64,000 nt of DNA from Squalus acanthias (taxonomy: Eukaryota). The stretch covers positions 15,066,001 through 15,130,000 of the forward strand of contig CM059449.1 in NCBI GenBank assembly GCA_030390025.1, read 5' to 3'. The notes under the pieces are model-generated. The model did no database searches. It was not told the origin of the DNA and saw only the letters and a program-made list of their open reading frames with translations. The position numbers and the translations under genes were made by a program. Shown one piece after another: positions 36,601 to 49,645 of the stretch (within the stretch, counting starts at the first letter, position 1; the number at the start of each line of letters is the position of its first letter).

Positions 36601-39600
36601 TTAAATTGCTTTTCCCATTAGTTTAAAGTAAACAATTAAAATAGTTGGCTTAGGAATCTGATATGAACACAGTTTATATCGCACAGAAAAACTTATGCTG
36701 TTTTATATTGCGTGGTAGCGTATTATATTTTGGACCATACTAATTGTATTGTTCTATTGTTGTGCAATACGGTACATCCTACTGTATACTTTATTTTATT
36801 GCGTTCTCCTGTTTTCTACCAAGTTATGTTGTCTCCTATAGCATTATACCACAGAGCATTACAGCGCTATATCTAAGGCCCAATATGTTGTATTGTATTG
36901 TATACACTTTTCAAGTAAATTACATCAGGCAGGGTCATTTTCCGTGGCTCAGTTGGTAACACCCTTGCCTTTGAAACATTGAAAGCTGTGGGTTTCAAGT
37001 TCCCACTCCAGAAACTTGAGCACAAAAATCTAGGCTGACACGCCCAGTGCAGTACTGAGGGAGCGTTGCACTGTCAGAGATGCCGTCTTTTTGATGAGAC
37101 AGTAGACCGAGGCCCCGTCTGCTCTCTCAGCTGGACGCAAAAGATCCGTTGGCACTATTTTGAAGAAGAGCAGGGGAGTGCTACCCGGTGTCCCGGACAA
37201 TGTTTGTCCCTCAATCAACAACACTGAAACAGATTATTTGGCCATTGTCAAAATGTTGTTTGTGGGAGCTTGCTGTGCGCAAATTGGCTGCCGCGTTTTC
37301 TACATTACAACAGCGACTACACTTCAAAAAGTACTTGATTGGCTGTGAAGCGCTTTGGGACATCCTGAGGTGGTGAAAGGCGCTATATGAATGCAAGACT
37401 TTCATTTTTCTTTTTTCTATGCTTTATAGAGAGGAATTTTGACAGCTCTAAGTGCAGAACAAATCGGGTATGTAGCAAAATTACTTGGGCTATTTTTTGT
37501 TATTTTTAAACCTACTGAACTTTTGTTTACTTTTCCAGGTAGATTATCATGTAAAAAGTTCTCTCAGTTGGATGTAAAAATATAAAGATGAAACGAGGTT
37601 GGACGGCCTCAACTTTTCTTCTTGAAGATGTGGGGTAGATTCTCAACTTGCCACACAGGCGTAAAGCACACGTGCGGCCCATCCCAAACGCCAGTTTTAC
37701 GCAAAGGCGCTGCAAGTTGAAAATCGAAATTGAATAGAGACGGGGACTAAAGTATTAGTTATAATTCAACAGAAAGCCAACCAGGAAAGGCATGAATTGA
37801 AACCTAACAGTTCCAGAATTCAAACACCTGCTCACACAGAAAGACACATTCTCACAGACACTCGCAAATACATATAGCCACACACAAATAAGCAGGTGCA
37901 TGTACAAGCATTTTTTGGGAATGGAAGCAGAGTGGTTATGTTACTGGACTAGTAACCCATCAGACCTGGACTAATGCTCCGGCGACGTGAGTTCAAAACC
38001 CACCACAGCAACGGGGAATTTAAATTTAATTAAATAAATCTGGAATAAAAAGCTAGTATCAGTAATGGTGACATGAAACTATCGGATTGTCGTAAAAAAA
38101 CATCTAGTTCAGTAATCTCCCTTAGGGAAAGAAATCTACCGTCCTTACCTGGTCTTGCCTATGTGTGACTCCAGACCCACAGCAATGTGGTTGACACTTA
38201 ACAGTTCACTAAAATGGCAACTCAGTTGTAAAAAGCCGCTACGAAAAACAATGTGGGAGTACCTTGACTGCAACGGTTCAAGAAGGCGACTCACCACCAC
38301 GTTCTCAATGGCAACTAGGAATGGACAATAAATGCTGGACTTGCCAGCGATGCCCACATCCCATGAACGAATAAAAAAGCACGAGGTAGAGTCAGTAACA
38401 TTAAAATAGACTCTAAAATAGGGGCACCCAGGCATACACACGCACACATGCAAAAATACACCTACTTTGATAAGTCGAGATAAGGAGGAAATCTGACGCC
38501 GTAACAGAAAATGTTGGATATGCAAAGTAGATCAGTCAGCACCTGAAAGTGAAAGCACAGGATAACCGGTGGGCTGGCACTTTGCCTTCGAACGGAAAGT
38601 GCTTCTGGACAGTTGTTCCCAAATGTTAATCTGTCTTTCCCAGATGCTGACTGACCCACTGCTCCAGAATTCATTATGTGTGAATTTTTCTAAATGCATG
38701 GATTTTAACATTATAACGATGTGTTAATTTGGTCGACTCTTTCTCTTGCTTGTTACTTACAACGTGCAATCGTTGACACGCTGAAATATATTCAAAAGGA
38801 CAGGAATATTTAGGACGGCGTGATCTATCCTATTTAACGAAACAATATTTGATAGGCGGAGTCATATTCTAATTATATGTAGAATGTTTACTGGGTTGAA
38901 TTATATTCCATTGAAACTGCACAACATCTGGTGCGCTGGGTTTGAGGCCCTGCGCTATATTCAGTTTATAATATTTTGTTCAACACTGAAACACTTTCAT
39001 CTCAACAGAGAGAGGGAGATGACAAGTTGCAATACGCCACGCTGAATCTTCAGGACAGCAATCAAACTGAGCGCCCTGTGAAGCGAGAAGGGGTGCTGTA
39101 CGCTTCGGTGAAGTAATAGGAGCCGACACATTTCACCCCAATGATGAGAAGCACCTGCCCCCACCCGCGATGGACTACTGCTGGAATTTCCGCAGATTTG
39201 TCCCGATCTCCGCCGTAACTTGGGCGGAAGCTCGGGGGTTCTGTTGGATCTTCAACGGCGGATGATCGGCGGACCCTCCATGGGAATTTCCAGGCCAATG
39301 TTTTGACCTCTGACTTAGTGAGAGAGGTTTATCCACACATAATTCAGTAACAAGGGCTTCGAATCTTTAATGCTTTAACATTAGACTCTTTAGTGTTAGT
39401 TGTGAACATTTATCACATTTGTATGACATGTATTAGTCTCCCTATTTTTAGGGACGTGTTATCCTAGAAAATAAGCAGGTGCATGCCGCTGTTAAAATGA
39501 AAAGCAACATGTTGAGCATTCATACTCGTTACTGTTCACTCAGCCTAGTTTCATCACATAACTCCTTACATTTCATCATAATCCTTTATAGTAGTTGACA

Positions 39601-41301
39601 TTTTCGTAATAAAAGTTCTTCTCTGTGACCCATGTCAGGTTGTTCTGTTGATTTTCCGTTGTACCTTTTATTAAAATGAATGTTTTATGTTAAACTCAAG
39701 GTGTAGGGGGAGATGACTTCTGCGGGGTTCTCCCGTATCCTGTGGTAACCTCGGGGAACTCAGAAGAAGTGCATAGTAGCTAAAGTGGAGTTCTGCCGAA
39801 CTTCCAGCGAAGTCACGGCAGGAGATCGGCAGAACCACCTCCCCAAGAAATGATTATTTGGCAGGACGTCTCAAAGCTCGGCTTATCTAACTACTTTCCG
39901 ACAGATGCCGGTAGATTGTTTGTCTTCACTCTCTACGCGTTCAGCATCGCCGGGGCACAGCATGGAGGAACATGTCATGGAAAGTTCCAACGCTGGAATT
40001 TCCTTCCATTGATTTTGATGAAAGAAGATTCCAGCGCCTTCCGTTACTGCAGTGCCAAGTTCCCAGCCAAACGTTCCCTTTTGCTCCTCCCAGGCTTAAC
40101 TCCCAGACTCCCGCATTGTTGCAGTGGAAATTCGCCTACTTTACGTGATCAACTCCTGGAGTGGGCCTTGAGCCGCAAACTTCTGCCCTAGAAGTAAGGG
40201 TTTTACCGATTAGTTGAGATTTCCACTTATGTTGCAATGAAAGGTGAAGATTTGTGCTGTGGAACCACATCCGTTAGGAACTGGGAATTTACTGTTGGCC
40301 TTTATTACAAGAGGATTTGAGTATAAGAGTAAAGATGTCTTACTGCAATTATATAGGGCCCTGGTGAGACCACACCTAAAGTATTGTTTACAGTTTGTTC
40401 ACCATACCTAAGGAAGGATATACTTGCCATTGAGTGAGTGCAACAAAGTTTCATCAGACTTTTTCCTGGGATGGAGGGATTGTCCTATGAGGAGTGATTG
40501 AATAGACTAGGCATATATTTTCTAGAATTTCGAAGAATGAGAGGTGATCTCATTGAAACATACAACATTCTTTCAGGGCTGGACAGGGTAGATGCTGGGA
40601 GGATGTTTCCCTGGCTGGGGAGAACCAGGGGTCACAGTCTCAGAATAAGGGGTCGGCCATTTAAGACTGAGTTGAGGAGAAATTTCTTCACTCAGATGGT
40701 GGTGAATCTTTGGAATTCTCCACCCCAGAGGGCTGTGGAGGCTCAGTCGTTGAGTATATTCAAGGCAGAGATCGATATATTTTTGAATATTAAGGTAATC
40801 CAAGGGATATTGGGATAGTGCAGGAAAGTGGAGATGAGGTGAAAGATCAGCCATGATCTTACTGAATGGCGGAGCAGGCTCGAAGGGCCAAATGGCCTAC
40901 TCCTGCTCCTATTTCTTATTATGGTCAGCATTTTTGAGGGGGCTCTCACAGCCAGCAGAAAGAGCTGTCTTTCATCTGTGACTGGTTTCAGCCCTGGGCC
41001 AAGGAAATGAGAGCGGATTTCAACTGTTTATTCCAATGGCTGCACTTGCTCTCATTGCCCCCGTCCTGCACAACGCCTGCCAGGAACTGAGTTGGACACG
41101 TGGACATCAACACCTTCATCATTCCATTAGTTCCTCCTATTCAATGATACAGCACAGAAGGAGGGCGTTCGGCCCATCGTGCATTTGCCTATCTGTATAT
41201 GTGAATAACTTAATGAATTTGATACCTTTAGCCGCACAATCTGAGTGCAGATGTTGGTGCACATCACAGATCAGAAGCTGTGGCATCAGGCACATTACGG
41301 T

Positions 41302-44300
41302 CACTGAGTGCAAATCAGCAGAGAGTGCTGAGTTTGGGTAAGTGGGAGTAGTTCTTCAATTGTTAGTTCTCTTTAAATCATTCTTGATAAGAGTACTTAA
41401 GCAGTTTAAGTGAAGGGGAAAAGTTAACTATTTGGGATTCTGTTGGTTTAAGAAGAGTAAAACAAGGTTACACTGCATGAGGAGTAAATTTGCACAGCCG
41501 GCAGTGGAAACCAGTTTTCTAATCAATCAGCAGGGGTGACTCATTTGGCTGTAAAGAAACAAACAGTATAAAAAGACCAGTGTGAGTGCGAGCCAGCACT
41601 GAGTGCAAGTCAGCAGAGAGTGCTGAGTTTGGGTAAGTGGGATAGTTCTTTAATTGTTAGTTCTCTTTAAATCATTCTTGATAAGAGTACTTAAGCAGTT
41701 TAAGTGAAGGGGAAAAGTTAACTATTTGGGATTCCAGGCAGCGGGCGGTCGAGGGGGTCGTTCGGCCCGATTGCCTGCCTCTCTTCCGCGGCCATGTTCG
41801 CACCCGGGTGGCCCTGGAGATGGAGCACACGGTGTCCGCCGGCACGCTTGAGTTTTTCCGCGACCGGTGGGTGCCGCGGGGGCTGGATTGCATCGTCACC
41901 CCGGACTACCAAATTTTTATTTGATTTGTTAAGTTACCTTTAAAGTTTTACTGAGTTACAGATATTTAATTGGTTTGCATCAAAAGAGAAAGAAGAGTAA
42001 AACCCATTAATTGGTCCAGGCAGCGGGCGGTCGAGGGGGTCGTTCGGCCCGATTGCCTGCCTCTCTTCCGCGGCCATGTTCGCACCCGGGTGGCCCTGGA
42101 GATGGAGCACGCATTGTCCGCCGGCACGCTTGAGTTTTTCCGCGACCGGTGGGCGCCGCGGGGGCTGGAGTGCATCGTCACCCCGGATAACCAAATTTTA
42201 ATTTCATTTGTTAAGTTTCTTTTAAAGTTTTATTGAGTTACAGATATTTAATTGGTTTGAATCAAAAGAGTAAGAAGAGTAAAACAAGGTTACACTGCAG
42301 TAGGAGTAAATTGGCACTGCAGGCAGTGGAAACCAGATTTCTAATCAATCAGCAGGGGTGACTCCTTTGGCTGTAAAGAAACAAACAGTATAAAAAGACC
42401 AGTGTGAGTGCGAGCCAGCACTGAGTGCAAGTCAGCAGAGAGTGCTGAGTTTGGGTAAGTGGGAGTTCGGGTGACTGGAGTGTAGGGTTCTCTTTTCAAA
42501 CTTCAACTCTGGGTTGTAGTTAATAAGGCCTTTCTGGTGCAGAGTGACTGTTGGTAAACCATTTAACTGGTTGTAATTCAGAGGGATTGATTTAATTTAA
42601 ATCCAATTAATTAGAGGGGATACTAGCATCTATAAACGGGCAGAGAGTGTCCAATACTAAAAATAAAAAATAAAAATTAATAACATAGAATGGAGCAGGT
42701 GATGTGTTACTGTTGTGAGATATGGGAGCCGGTGGACCCCATTGAGGCTCACGGTGATTACATCTGTGACAAGTGTCTGCTGCTACAGGAACTCCAGTTC
42801 CGTGTTGATGAGCTGGAGTCTGATCTTCAGACACTGCGACACATCAGGGAGGGGGAGAAGTACCTGGACTTTGTGTTTCAGGAGGTGGTCACACCTATAA
42901 AGTTAATTAATTCAGATGTAGCCCATGGTCAGGGACAGGACGGTGTGACTATGAGTGAGGCACGTACGGGGGTCCAGGAGGTGGTGTTGGAGGAGCCGCA
43001 GCCCTTGCTCTTGTCCAACAGGTTCGAGGTTCTTACTCCCTGTGGGGACGGGAGCAGGGACTGCAGGGAGGATGAGCAACCTGGCCACAGCACCGTGGAA
43101 CGGGGGGCCATTCAAGAGGGGGGAGTAAATAGAAATGTTGTAGTTGAAGGGGATAGTATTATTAGGGGGATAGATAGAGTTCTCTGCATGCCGAGAGCGA
43201 GAGTCCCGTAGGCTGTGTTGCCTGCCCGGTGCCAGGGTTAAGGACATCTCCTCTGGGCTGGAAAGAAACTTGCAGTGGGAGGGGGTGGATCCAGTTGTCG
43301 TTGTCCATGTTGATACAAACGACATAGATAGGACAAGGAAGCCGGTACTGTTAAAGGAGTATGAGCAGCTAGGGGTCAAATTAAAAAACAGAACCTCAAG
43401 GGTATTAATCTCTGGATTATTACCTGAGCCACGAGCGAATTTGGCTAGGACAAATAAAATTAGAGAGTTGAATGAGTGGCTCAAAGACTGGTGTGGGAGA
43501 AATGGGTTTTGCTTCCTGGGACAATGGCACCAGTACTGGTGCAGGAGGGAGCTGTTCCGTTGGGAGGGGCTTCACTTGGCCAGTGCTGGGACTAGAGTCC
43601 TGGCGGATCATATAACTAGGGCTGTAGAGAGGGCTTTAAACTAACTAGTGGGGGGGAGGTTCCAAGAGAGCAAATAATAAAAATGACAACAGAGAAGGTC
43701 ATAGACTTAGGTAGCAGTGGGGAAATTAAAAACCAGAGTGTGTCAGGAAGGGGCAGAAGGTATGGAGTAATAGGTAAAGTAATAAAAAGGGCAAAAGCAG
43801 GAACTAAGTGTCACAAAACATATTTGAAAGTTCTCTATCTGACTGCATGTAGCATTCGTAACAAAATAGAAGAGTTAATGGCACAAATTACTTCATATGG
43901 GTAGGATCTTGTGGCCATTACAGAAACATGGATGCAGGGTGACAATGCCTGGGAATTAAACATACCTGGTTATTTAACGATCAGGAAGGACAGGCAGGAA
44001 GGAAGGGGAGGTGGGGTGGCTATGTTAATAAAGGAAGGAATCACTGTAATATAGAGAAATGATATTGGGTCAAAAGATCAGGATAATGAACCAGTTTGGG
44101 TGGAGATAAGGAATAATAAGGGGAAAAAAACACTAGTGGGTGTAGTCTATAGGCCTCCGAATAGTTGCAACTCTGTTGGACGGAGTATCAATCAGGAAAT
44201 AGTTGAGGCTTGTAATAAGGGAACATCTATAATTATGGGGGATTTTAACTATCATATTAATTGGACAAATCAAATTGGGCAGGGCTGCCTTGAGGATGAG

Positions 44301-46863
44301 TTCATTGAGTGTATTAGGGATGGGTTTCTTGAGCAGTATGTAACTGAACCGACCAGGGGGCAAGCAAACTTAGATCTGGTCCAGTGTAACGAGACAGGAT
44401 TAATAAAAAATGTCCTAGTAAAGGATCCCCTTGGAATGAGTGACCATAACATGGTTGAATTCCATATTCAATTAGAGGGTGAGAAGGTTGGATCTCAAAC
44501 AAGCGTGCTAAGCTTGAATAAAGGAGACTATGAAGGTATGCGAGCGGAATTTAGTAGAGTGGATTGGGAAAATAGATTAAAGGGTAAGAGGATACATGAT
44601 CAGTGGTGTACATTTAAGGAGTTATTTTACAACTTCCAAAAAATATATATTCCACTGAGAAGAAAAGGGTGTAAAAGAAAAGACAGTCATCCGTGGCTAA
44701 GTAAAGAAATTAAGGATAGTATTCGACTAAAAACAAGGTCTTATACGGTAGCCAAATCTAGTGGGAGGATAGAGGAAGGGGAAAACTTTAAAAGACAGCA
44801 AAAAATAACAAAAAGATTGATTAAGAAAGGGAAGATAGATTATGAAAGTAAATGAGCAAAAAATATAAAAACAGATAGCAAGAGTTTTTATACTTATATA
44901 AAAAGAAAAAGGGTGGCTAAAGTAAATGTTGGTCCCTTAGAGGATGAGACCGGGAAATTAATGGTGGGAAATATGGAGATGGCAAATACACTGAATGAAT
45001 ATTTTGTATCAGTCTTTACAGTAAAATACACTAAGAGTATCCCAACACTGGACAAACAGGGGGCTATAGTGGGGGAGGAGCTAAACACGATCAAAATCAC
45101 TAAGGAAGTGGTTCTCAGTAAAATAATGGGACTCAAGGCGGATAAATCACCTGGACCTGATGGCTTACATCCTAGGGTCTTGAGGGAAGTGGCGGTAGGG
45201 ATTGTGGATGCATTGGTAATAATTTTCCAAAACTCACTGGACTCAGCAAAGATCCCGGCAGACTGGAAAACTGCTAATATAACACCCTTATTTAAAAAGG
45301 GCAGTAGACAGAAGGCTGGAAACTATAGACCGGTTAGCCTAACATCTGTGGTAGGTAAAATTTTGGAGTCCATTATTAAGGAGACAGTAACGGGACATTT
45401 GGATAATCATAATTTAATAGGACAAAGTCAGCATGGTTTTATGAAGGGGAAGTCATGTTTGACAAATTTGCTGGAGTTCTTTGAGGAAGTAACACACAGG
45501 GTGGATAAAGGGGAACCAGTGGATGTGGTGTATTTAGACTTCCAATAGGCATTTGACAAGGTGCCACACAAAAGATTATTGCTTAAGATAAAAAATCACG
45601 GGATTGGGGGTAATATTCTGGCATGGATAGAGGATTGGCTATCTAACAGAAGGCAGAGAGTTGGGATAAATGGTTCATTCTCAGACTGGCAATCAGTAAC
45701 TAGTCGTGTTCTGCAGGGGTCAGTGCTGGGTCCCCAACTCTTTACAATCTATATTAACGATTTGGAGGAGGGGACCGAGTGTAACATATCAAAGTTTGCA
45801 GATGATACTAAGATGGGAGGGAAAGTAGTGAGTGAGGAGGACATAAACAATCTGCAAGGGGACATAGACAGGCTAAGTAAGTGGGCAGTGATTTGGCAGA
45901 TGGAATACAATACTGGAAAGTGTGAGGTTATGCACTTTGGCAGGAAAAATAGTAGAGCAAGTTATTATCTAAATGGCAAGAAACTGGAAAGTACTGAAGT
46001 ACAAAGGGATCTGGGGGTCCTGGTGCACGAAACTCAAAAGGTTAGTATGCAGGTGCAGCAAGTGATTAAGAAGGCCAATGGAATGTTGGCTTTCATTGCT
46101 AAGGGGATAGAATATAAAAATAGGGAGGTTTTGCTTCAGTTGTGCAAGGTATTGGTGAGACCGCACCTGGAATATTGCATGCAGTTTTGGTGTCCATACT
46201 TAAGAAAAGACATACTTACTCTCGAGTCAGTACAAAGAATGTTCAGTTGGTTAATCCCGGGGATGAGGGGATGGACATATGAGGAGAGGTTGGGTAGATT
46301 GGGACTCTACTCATTGGAGTTCAGAAGAATGAGAGGCGATCTTATTGAAACATATAAGATTGTGAAGGGGTTGGATCGGGTGGATGCAGGGAGGATGTTC
46401 CCGATGATGGGTGAAACTAGAACTAGGGGGAATAGTCTTAGAATAAGGGGCTGCTCTTTCAAAACTGAGATGAGAAGGAACTACTTCACTCAGAGGGTGG
46501 TAGGTCCATGGAATATGCTGCCTCAAAATGCTGTAGAAGCTAATGCATTAAATAAATTTAAAACAGAAATAGACAGTTTCCTAGAAGTAAAGGGAATTAA
46601 GGGTTACGGGGAGCGGGCAGGAATTTGGACATGAGTCTAGGTTCGGATCGGTCATGGCCCTGTGGGTAGCGTAGCGGGCCCAGGGGCCGTGTAGCCTGAT
46701 CCTGCTCCTATTTCGTGTGTCCAATTCTGTTAGGTTCAGGAGATGGTTCTGTGATAGTAGATTGGCGGTTAGGATCAGATCAGCCATGATCTTATTGAAT
46801 GGCGGAGCAGGCTCGAGGGGCCAATTGGCCTACTCCTGCTCCTATTTCTTATGTTCTTATGTT
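41302..46863 (+). mobile_element. Near full-length, inactivated CR1 LINE
   Basis: ORF1 42690-43644: CxxC zinc-finger/coiled region plus SGNH-esterase-like GDSIIRG...HVDTND, frameshifted. ORF2 about 43820-46634: endonuclease GVVYRPP/MGDFN/SDH and RT QGSVLGP/FADD, stops at about 43902, 44853 and 45546. 3' TTCTTATG repeats; absent from the paralogous arm. Confidence 0.95.
41733..42269 (+). mobile_element. Two tandem 3'-end fragments of an L1/Tx1-type LINE inside the CR1 5' UTR
   Basis: 41733-41986 and 42015-42269 encode SRQRAVEGVVRPDCLPLFRGHVRTRVALEMEH..SAGTLEFFRDRW, resembling Tx1-type ORF2 C-termini (recognition from memory). Confidence 0.6.
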
Positions 46864-49234
46864 AACTTGCTGTTGGAGGTATTCGTGTGTATTTATAGTC
46901 CCACATTCCCCTGTCCACCAGTTTCATCCGGCCCGCAAATTTCGCCTCAGCGGCCGCATGGCTAGTGAGAATATTTCCCGAGCGCGCCCCCACCCGCCTC
47001 CCCTCCATCCCCAAATCTCGAAAGATGAATTTGCAGCACTGTAACATTCTAAAGCCGGTTTTTCCCGGGGCTCTGCGGCCTTTACCCGGCTCCTTCCCCT
47101 TCTTGTCACGTGTCGAAAATGGCCCCAAAGCACTTCACAAAGTCTTAAGGAACTCTGAGCCAAAAATGAGATATTAGGAGGGCTGCCCAAAAGTAAGTCA
47201 AAGAGCTGGGCTTGAAGGATTTTCTTAGAGGAGTGGGAAGTGGAGTTGTGGGGCGTGGCGGGGCGGGGGGTTGCCGGGGCGGGGGTGTTGGGAGAGAAAT
47301 CCGGAGCGTGATGCCTGAAGGATTCTGAGGGGCTGGAAGCCAGTGGTGGGGTGATGTGAGGCAGGATGCAGAAGAGACCAACATCTCATGAAGGGAGAGT
47401 TCTGGTGTGGGTGCCGAATGCATTTAGAATCATTACAGATAGCTACTCATTGAGTGTAATTTAAATTTTGTCCGAAGGTCGACAGCTGGCGATATCAAAT
47501 TGGCTGTCCGTCGACTTCAACGGATAAGAAAATTGAGCCTGGTGTATAATTGCATCTGCCGTGTGCCTGCCCATTTCACCAGTCTGTCTATGTCTTTCTC
47601 AAGTCTGCTACTATCCTCCTCACTCTTCACTACTTCTCCAAGTTTTGTGTCATCTGTAAACTTTGAAATTGTGCCCTGCATACGCAAGTCCAGGTCACTG
47701 TACATCAAAATGAGCAGTGCTCCTAATACTGACCCCAAGGGAACATCACTGTATACATCTCTCCAGTCTGAAAAACAAACCGTTCACCACTACTCTCTGA
47801 TGTCTGTCTCTTAGCCAATTTCGTATCCATGCTGCCACTGGCCCTTTAACCCCATGGCTTCAAATTTGCTAACAGGGCAAATGCCTTTTGAAAGTCCATA
47901 TCCATAGCATGAACGTCATAAACGGCCATTTTTCAGTGTTTTACGCCGTTTCTTTGGAAGGTACTGTGGGAGACTGGTGATAGCCCCTCCGAATTTCGCG
48001 GTTGAAATTCATCTTTCTGTAACACACCTACTGGTAGGATTATTAGTTGAATATTTAACTATGCTGAGATTTTCATCTCTTCCATCATTGATTAAGCCAG
48101 CGCAGCATGGGAAATCTAGCGCAGAGCATCTCAAGCCTCTAACAGAACCGAATTTGCCTGATTTTCCTTTCACAAAAACAAATGCAAGAATGAAGTGGAG
48201 GTTCTGTAAGGGCTGTGCGCTTCCCTTCCCCCAGTTTTTCCTGCTAGCTCAGCCCAGGCGATGCTTTTATATATCGCCTTTAATATAAAAAAAATGGAAC
48301 CAAAGCACTTCACGAAGTCTTATGGAAACTCAGATCCAATCAATACGAGTAAATGATTAAAACGTGCATTTAGCCACTTCCGAGCATAGTTCCAAAGGAT
48401 TGACTAATTGAACCCACCAAGATCCCCAGGAACGGATATGAATCAACAGTTGGAACAGATGTCCTTTGTCTCTTCCAATCAATACTTTCGATATCTCCTG
48501 TTGAGCCCTGAATAAATCTATTACCGCACTTAAGGGCACCGACCAGTAACGCAAATACCACGTCACTTATATTACACAGACAGCAGAAGGCTTTACAGGG
48601 ACCATGCAATTCATGCAATGATGTTCCAGTTGTTTGCCCAGTGTGTTATTAATCTTTCTGCATTTGAAAATTGCCTTGTGAGGAATATGTAGATGAAGGA
48701 ACTCTTGCATGTATGGAAGAATATTTCACGTATTTCTGGAGAATGAAGCTCTTGATTGAATTATGCCGCTCATAATCTGTAATGTTGTCGCAAAGGATGA
48801 GTCTGTTTAGTAATCAGAAAATGATTGCGCATAAATCATGTCTGTTTTGCTGCACTGTTCTTTCAGACTTATTTTATTGTTGGGTGTTTTTTTCCTGTTC
48901 CTGAAGGTCAGGAATACCAGGTTTGAGAAATGAGACACTTTCCCATTTGAGGTATCTAGGTTCAGCATTAACCACCTCCTGGGCAGATATGACGTGAAGA
49001 ACACCTCCTTCTGACCTCGTGTATCATGCCTTAACCGCTGACGATGTACTCGACAATGCGTCACTCTGACATTTCTATTTCTCATACCACTCATCCTTCT
49101 TGCATCTCCGAGTAGGATATGCAATGTAACACCAATTAATATCAAATTAGGGATTATTTTCTTTTGGTAATCTTACAGCGAAGTGAGGATACTTTGATGC
49201 CATCAGTCTGTGCTGGACTGATGGCATCAAAGTT

Positions 49235-49645
49235 GCGGCTGCGGTAGCATAATGTTTATGTTACTGGACTAGTAAACCAGAGGCCCGGACTAATGATCTG
49301 GGGACGTGAGTTCAAATTAAATTAATTAATTAATTAAATAAAAACAAATCTGGAATTTTAAGCTAGTATCAGTAATGGTGACCATGAAACTACCGGATTG
49401 TCGTAAAAACCCATCTGGTTCGCTGATGTCCTTTAGGGAAGGAAATCTGCCTTACCAGGTCTGGCCATATGGGACTCCACACCCATAGCAATGAGGTTGA
49501 CTCTTAACTGCCCTCTGAAATGGCCCAGCAAGTCATTCAGTTGTATAAGGCGGCTCGCCACCACCTCAAGGGCAATTAGGGGTGGGCAATAAATACCGGC
49601 CTTGTCAGCGACATCCACATCCCGTGAACGAATAAATAAAAAAAA
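49235..49645 (+). mobile_element. Second tRNA-headed SINE family (also about 14030-14482 minus, 37925-38378 plus)
   Basis: Head GGTAGCATAATG...GAGTTCAAA; 3' tail matches the LINE at 54450-54540. Confidence 0.6.

Larger units (their letters stand above)
29495..39116 (+). pseudogene. Gene B: NKp30-like single-V ITIM receptor pseudogene
   Basis: Leader 29495-29537 (MNWAAVTWAFVMFS, G|GTAAG). V exon 33873-34223 has an in-frame TAA at 34019-34021. The TM exon and most of micro-exon 1 are deleted at about 35721-35727. Remaining exons: 35843-35877 (PDPLYSVIHET), 37430-37467, 39009-39116 (LQYATL, VLYASVK*). Confidence 0.8.
30056..47112. repeat. Right arm of inverted duplication, with extra segments 30195-31353, solo LTR and full CR1
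   Basis: Reverse-complement collinearity with 10862-20365 outside the extra segments. Confidence 0.85.

Noticed and set aside
42690-46634. Long ORFs as host genes or an active retroelement
   Set aside because: They are CR1 ORF1/ORF2 pieces broken by a frameshift and three stops.
49087-49171. Hydrophobic stretch NLILIGVTLHILL as a further TM exon
   Set aside because: Short, with a weak acceptor, no associated V exon, and a frameshift would be needed to give a basic juxtamembrane segment.
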